Notes under the pieces: model-generated
What the model was told of the DNA's origin: nothing
The model's input: the letters and a program-made list of their open reading frames with translations, nothing else
Database searches by the model: none
Made by a program: the position numbers and the translations under genes
Source of the DNA: Mayamaea pseudoterrestris
Taxonomy: Eukaryota
Assembly (NCBI GenBank): GCA_027923505.1
Contig: BROI01000029.1
Location: forward strand, 186,001-250,000
Direction of reading: 5' to 3'
Length of the DNA: 64,000 nucleotides
Shown here: positions 58,488 to 64,000 of the stretch, in pieces
Layout of the letters: the number at the start of each line of letters is the position of its first letter
How positions within the stretch are numbered: the stretch's first letter is position 1

Positions 58488-58734
58488 AGCTTTCCCTTGG
58501 CATGCAATGGAGTACCGGTCATAAAGTAGTGATTCGGCGTAAATGTAACCAAATTTTGTGCTCATTCCTTCACCATTAACCTTTATTTTACTGGCAAACA
58601 TCTATCAGCACTGGTGATTATTATCTAATTGTTTCTCCCTTATTACTGGATGCTGTAGGCCCCAGTGATTTACAGTACTGTCGTGAGTAACAAGATGGAT
58701 GCCTCTGTTGGTCGAGTTCGTAAGAGTAGCTACC

Positions 58735-60088
58735 GAACATAGCCAGAACACAATTCATGGAACAAGACTTTTGGGGGTAGTCTTTGAAGGCCACACACTG
58801 TAGCACCATGGAGCTGGTTAATGTGGGGCCCTTTGCCCTCCCAAACAACTGATGCATCACGTGAGCTGGATTTGATTGTTATGCACCAATCTTACCGCAT
58901 ATATGTCTTCAAGAATAGCCAACACAGAATTCATGGACAAGACTATTGGGGGTAGTCTTTAAAGGCCACACACTGTAGCACATGGAGCTAAATACTGTGT
59001 GCCTGTTTGCTCTCCCAAACAACTGATGCTACATGTGAGCTGGATATGATTGTTAGTCACCAATCTAACCGCATACATGTCCTCAAGCATAGCCAGAACT
59101 GAATTCACTGAACAAGACTATTGGGGTTAGTCTTCAAAGGCCACACACTGTAGCACCATGGAGCCGGTTACTGTGTGGCCCTTTGCCCTCCCAAACAACT
59201 GATGCTACATGTGAGCTGGGTATGATTGTTGGTCCCCAATCAAACCACATACATGTCCCCAAGCATAGCCAGAACAGAATTCATGGAACAAGACTATTGG
59301 GGGTAGTCTTTGAAGGCCACACACTGTAGCACCATGGAGCTGGTTACTGTGTGGACGTCTGCCCTCCCAAACAACCGATGCTACACATGAGCTGGATATG
59401 ATTTTTATGCACCAATCTCACCGCATACATGTCCCCAAGCATAGCCAGAACAGAATTCATGGAACAAGACAATTGGGGGTAATATTCGAAGGCCACACAC
59501 TGTAGCACCATAGAGCTGGTTAATGTGTGGCCGTTTGCCCTCCCAAACAACTGATGCTCAACATTAGCTGAAAATAATTGTTATGCACCAACCTCACCGC
59601 ATACATGTCCCCAAGCATAGCCAGAACATAAATCATGGAACAAGACTATCGGGGGTAGTCTTTGAAGGCCACAGATTGTAGCACCATGGAGCTGGTTACA
59701 GTGTGGATGCCTGCCCTCCCAAGCACCATGGGGTCGGTTACAGTGTGGACCTCTGCCCTCCCAAACAATTGATGCATCATGTGAGCTGGATATGATTGTT
59801 ATGCACCAATTTCATTGCATAATTGTCCCCAAGCATAGCCAGAACAGAATTCATGGAACAAGACTATCGGGGTACTCTTTGAAGGCCACATACTGTAGCA
59901 CCATGGAGCTGGTTACTGTGTGGCCATTTGCCCTCCCAAACAACTGATGCTATATGTCAGCTGGATATGATTGTTATGCACCAATTTAACTGCATACATG
60001 TCCTCGAGCATAGCCAGAACAGAATTCATGGAACAAGACTATTGGGGGTAGTCTTCCAAGGCCGCACACTGTAGCACCTTCCTGCCCT
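58735..60088. repeat. Satellite-like tandem array, 176-bp monomer, about 7.4 copies
   Basis: (C/A)ATAGCCA at 58738, 58914, 59088, 59264, 59440, 59616, 59834 and 60009. The one 218-bp interval contains an internal 42-bp duplication. Confidence 0.96.
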
Positions 60089-60485
60089 GTGAGTGTGTTT
60101 AACCAGCGCCATATTAGTCCTTCCACTAATGTAAGGTCAATTCATGGGTTGTCTCCCAAGGTTTGATCAATAAGAGTAGTATCATAGTGAAGCGACACTT
60201 AGATGGCTGACGGTTAAATGAGTCTTGATTAATCTTGGATCGGTCATTGTCCGCAAACTTTCATGATTGTATACCGGTACGGGCGATTGCACTTTTTCCT
60301 CCAATCGTGTTCAAGGGCGTTGCTGAAAATGGCTGCGACGAAGTATTCACAACTCATTAATGAGGAAGAAGGCTCATTGTGGCGAATAGGTGACTGTTGG
60401 ACTTGATCACTTCTTGTTCTCGCATTTGGGGATCAAAGAAATTTATATTTAGGCAACTGCATACTCCATCCAAATACTTGTTTCA

Positions 60486-61334
60486 ATGCCATCTGGTCGC
60501 GGGCACCTTCACCTCGCTGAAGGCGACGCTGATCGAGCAGAGCAGAAACGACAGCGCGAGCGACAGAGGCGGAGCAACCTTGCGCATGCCTTTGAGGAAC
60601 TCAGAGAGGTACTAGACCAAGTAGACGAGAGCCATGTCTCCCCCGGCGATGAACTGGCGGCCCGCGCCGATACAATAACGCGAGCTTCCAGGACGCTGCG
60701 GCGATTAGTTCGAGAGAATATGGAGCTAAAGGTCGCTGTCGCTGGCGGAGCTTCCACGATTAACCCTGAGCGCATGCTACGAATGGCAAAGACAGATACA
60801 TCTGACAATCAGCTTCCAACAACCGATCCACTATTGACAAATGCAATGTCGAGCTTCGGTACCGGCTCCACGACCAATGCAGCGGTAAGAAAGGACAGGT
60901 GCCGTGAGTGACGAGTCACTTTGATGTACATTTCATCCGAGGCCTCACACTCAAATACGCTTTACAAACGTTTGATTCAGCATGCAGCGTTTGCGACGGC
61001 ATATGACTTCAAAGAGACATCGCAGCACGTCTTGCCTCTGGATCAAATGTCGATTCAGTCCCTCGTATCCTCTACACACACAAATGCCCAGCAACCTTGG
61101 GAGATGGCTCAAGCCAATGTTGCAAGCAATCCATATGCCATGTCACATTCTTCGCAAGAATACGAACCAAATGCAATTCCTGGACTTGATGCCGCGGCTT
61201 GGAAGCCTATTGACCCATCCTCAATGTTCCTTGTCCCAAATCCTCGAATTCCCGACAATCATTTCAGTCATCAAAATTTGCCGCCTGATATCAAACTGCC
61301 TGACGAAGGTGCTCAATCACGACAAGAGCTTTGA
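60486..61334 (+). CDS. bHLH-type transcription factor, paralog of 57770-58487 (intron about 60885-60980)
   Basis: QKRQRERQRRSNLAHAFEELRE...ARADTITRASRTLRRLVRENMELK; the GTAAG...TTCAG intron restores the frame. Confidence 0.8.
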
Positions 61335-62275
61335 TGACATGTTATTGGCTTACGCTTGGACTTGTTGCGAGACTGGCGATATAGTGGCTGGAAAGGATTT
61401 AGCATTTTGATTCCGTGATTCTCTCCATTACAAATCGCGCAATTTCCTCGATTACATTTTAAGCTCACTCAATTCACATCTACAAGTCGAGATTGACGCA
61501 ATGACGGAGAAAACGTGAGTGATGCCATCACTTGTCAAACCAGCGGCGCTGGCAACGATGCGGCGTGAGCCTGCAAGTGTACTAACCCATGGACAATAAC
61601 CTGCCTCTTCCTTGTGCCTAAAAGTACATACGTTCTTCAGACGTGTTGACTAAGCGGTAGAATAAGCAACCCCACCTTTACAAGCTGCCCAGAAGCCCGG
61701 GTCAATGATATGTTTGACCAAACTCTGGATTCTCCATCGGTCTGGAAAAGTATGTTTTCACCTCCGCGCCTCGATGCAGTACATTGCACTATCAAGCGAC
61801 GAACGCGACGAATCGTCAGTGCTCACAGCATACACTAAGGTTACTACATTAGTTTGCGGCTGAGATGTCAGCTGCTATTTTAAGATTCGAAATCTTGGAT
61901 TTACTGTTACCCTCCCCATAGAAGCGTGAATTCTCAGAGCCTGTTGAGGACCTACTAGACAACACATTCCTTACCACTGGAGGAATCTGCATTCCCGCTT
62001 GGCTCAACATAAAGTCTACATAGGCATAGCGCAACATAAAGCATAAAGCAGGCAAGCAAGCACACTTTGCGACTTGCCGCGCGTTACTAGACTATGATGC
62101 CTTTACGCGTACATCATGATGATCCGTCGCAGTAACATAAGCAAGAAAGTTTCCAAGGTCTGTTTCTATTGCGTCTAATGGTTAAAATCGCGAGGTACTC
62201 TATCCTTTTTGTATCTGTAATGTGGGCTGGTTGCGTTGTCGTTGATGTATTGTATACGATGCATGACCGACCTGT

Positions 62276-64000
62276 CTAGCAGCACGATTCTACTGACTGG
62301 AGGCACGTCAAGGCAGGCTCTAGCTGTACAAGACCGTATCCGTAAGCATTGTCGACACCATATGGTCCCAAGTCCTGCGCCGTTTGTTTCAAGCACTTCT
62401 CAACTTGTTGGTTTGTGCAGCTGCGGCATTCCCGCCATATGACGCCTATCGCCCCAGTGACGGCTGGTGTAGCCATCGAAGTTCCATCCTTAATACCAAA
62501 ACCAAAATTATTCGTCTCGAAGGTCACACTGGTGCCAAGGTAGTTGCTCAGAAGATTTTGGCCCGTCGCATTATCAACAGCGACGACTGGAATGGAAACT
62601 CTTGTGTTGAAGGCCAGCTTTCCGCCGAACGATTGATCAGTCGTGGCCTGATAAACTATTATTCCGATGCCCAGCCCTGCCTGGCACCGCCGAGCTTGAC
62701 CTTCATAGCCCTGTCGATTGCTTCTGTTTAGTTGAGTATGAGTATAAAGTTGTCAGCAGTTGTCGTAGCTAGGCGGGACAGTCCACTGAACACGTTAGCT
62801 TACCGTTGTATGAGACAAACATGGCCACCAGGACCGGGGCAGGCTTCGGTTGCTGCCTTTCTAGGACATTGAACGATTGGCCCACTTGCTGGAGCATCGA
62901 ACATCTTTGATCGCTTCGCGTAAATCCCCATGAGCGTTGAGCCATCTTGCTCCATGGTCAGCACGACAAGCGGAAGACTTTCCGCATTCGTCAGTGGAAC
63001 TGTTGATATGATATTGCGGCCAAACGCAACCAGATCTACTCGATTATTCGTTTGGGAAAACCAGGAGCTTTGCAAGTCCTCGTCAACCGAAGCGACGGAA
63101 ATGACGGACGTGTATGAGGCTGGATAGAGGTACTCGCCCGTCGCCCCGTTATTGCCAGCGGCGGCAACGACGAGACGATTCTGGTTGTAGTAAAGATCGT
63201 CAAAGAATTGGTTCGTCGACTGTAGGTACGATGACACCACAATGGAGACATTGATTACATTGGCACCATTCTGCGCAGCCCATTCAATGGCACTGAGAAT
63301 GTCGCTCACGTAACCAATGCCATCACTCATGAGTGCTTTTCCAATCAGATAGCAAACGTTGCCGTCCGGAATCATGCCCTCGATTCCCAAATTGTTGTTG
63401 CCGAGGGCACCGATTGTCCCCATCACTGCGTGCATGATAATTAATTTGGCGAAACGGTGAGATGAGAGCGAATAGTAAGCGGCATTGCACCATAGACATT
63501 GCTCGCGCACTCTCGTACAAAGGGTATACAACATACCGTGAGTTCCATGTGCGTAGAGCGGAGTACTCCAAGAATCTCCATCGTAGGTGCTGGCAAAGTC
63601 TTGACCGACGCAATTCTCGGGACGTGACCGACACGGCAAGTCATAATGCGAAATGTCTGTGATAAAGGAAGAACAATGAGCATCGTGTCTGTTTGGTAAT
63701 CATGTTACCTATAAGCTCATGTTGCGTTCACTCACCTACTCCACTATCAACAATTCCAATCTTGAAACTGCTCGGATCGCTGCAACTTCCACTCGTCGTT
63801 GCCGTCTTTTCCATAGTCGACTCCATTCGACCAGCGTAGCCAGGCGGCCCTTGAATGTTTGCCACATTGAACGGAACGACTTGACTGGCACAGGTCGCAA
63901 TGAGATCAGGCTCAATGTAGTTGATATTCTCGTCCAAGTCCAAATCGTTTAATGCGGCGACAGAAATGGTGGTTGCCATGGCGTTAATGGACGCAAATTC
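62276..64000 (-). CDS. Subtilisin-like (S8) serine protease with PA domain, multi-exon, 5' end beyond the window
   Basis: Catalytic triad motifs GIVDSG, HGTH and GTSMATP.V.G; VAAAGNNG; YPASY; PA-like insert (VCLIQR...IPVV). Confidence 0.92.

Noticed and set aside
1..64000. Numerous 60-260-aa ORFs antisense to or overlapping the called genes
   Set aside because: These are shadow frames of real coding sequence with no independent motifs.
1..64000. tRNA, rRNA or snRNA genes
   Set aside because: None recognised by eye. A tRNAscan-SE/Infernal scan of the intergenic gaps (e.g. 25.2-25.9, 28.4-28.9, 51.0-51.7, 61.4-62.2 kb) is needed to exclude them.

Overview
This is gene-dense eukaryotic nuclear DNA with short GT-AG introns. 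Its gene content points to a pennate diatom (inferred from the cyclase-phosphodiesterase fusion, bipartite-type plastid presequences and diatom-type orphan families). It holds about 30 protein genes, mostly housekeeping: MRM1-like and TRM61 RNA methyltransferases, TRAPPC13, EMC5, a GDT1-family transporter, peroxisomal catalase, VPS36, CSN3, separase, RLP24, an FZL-like GTPase, a sterol glucosyltransferase, two bHLH factors and a subtilase. The most unusual part is 50.8-60.1 kb. A 3.76-kb DNA transposon with 51-bp terminal inverted repeats (TIRs) carries an intact IS630/Tc1-mariner-type DD38E transposase plus a convergent, spliced, Cys-rich second gene of unknown function. It has no TA target duplication and instead sits at the junction of a ~0.93-kb direct duplication of host DNA. 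One copy of that duplication contains a 1087-bp MITE with a CAG target-site duplication (TSD), and the other copy preserves the empty site. Three sequence-unrelated tandem repeat families (12.6, 18.9-19.9 and 58.7-60.1 kb) share a ~175-bp period and a CpG-decay signature; one is a 347-bp higher-order dimer with covarying palindromes. Two divergent promoters contain palindromic or TGACGT-bearing minisatellites. No rRNA, tRNA or true CRISPR array was recognised. All calls come from motif recognition by eye; no database searches were run.
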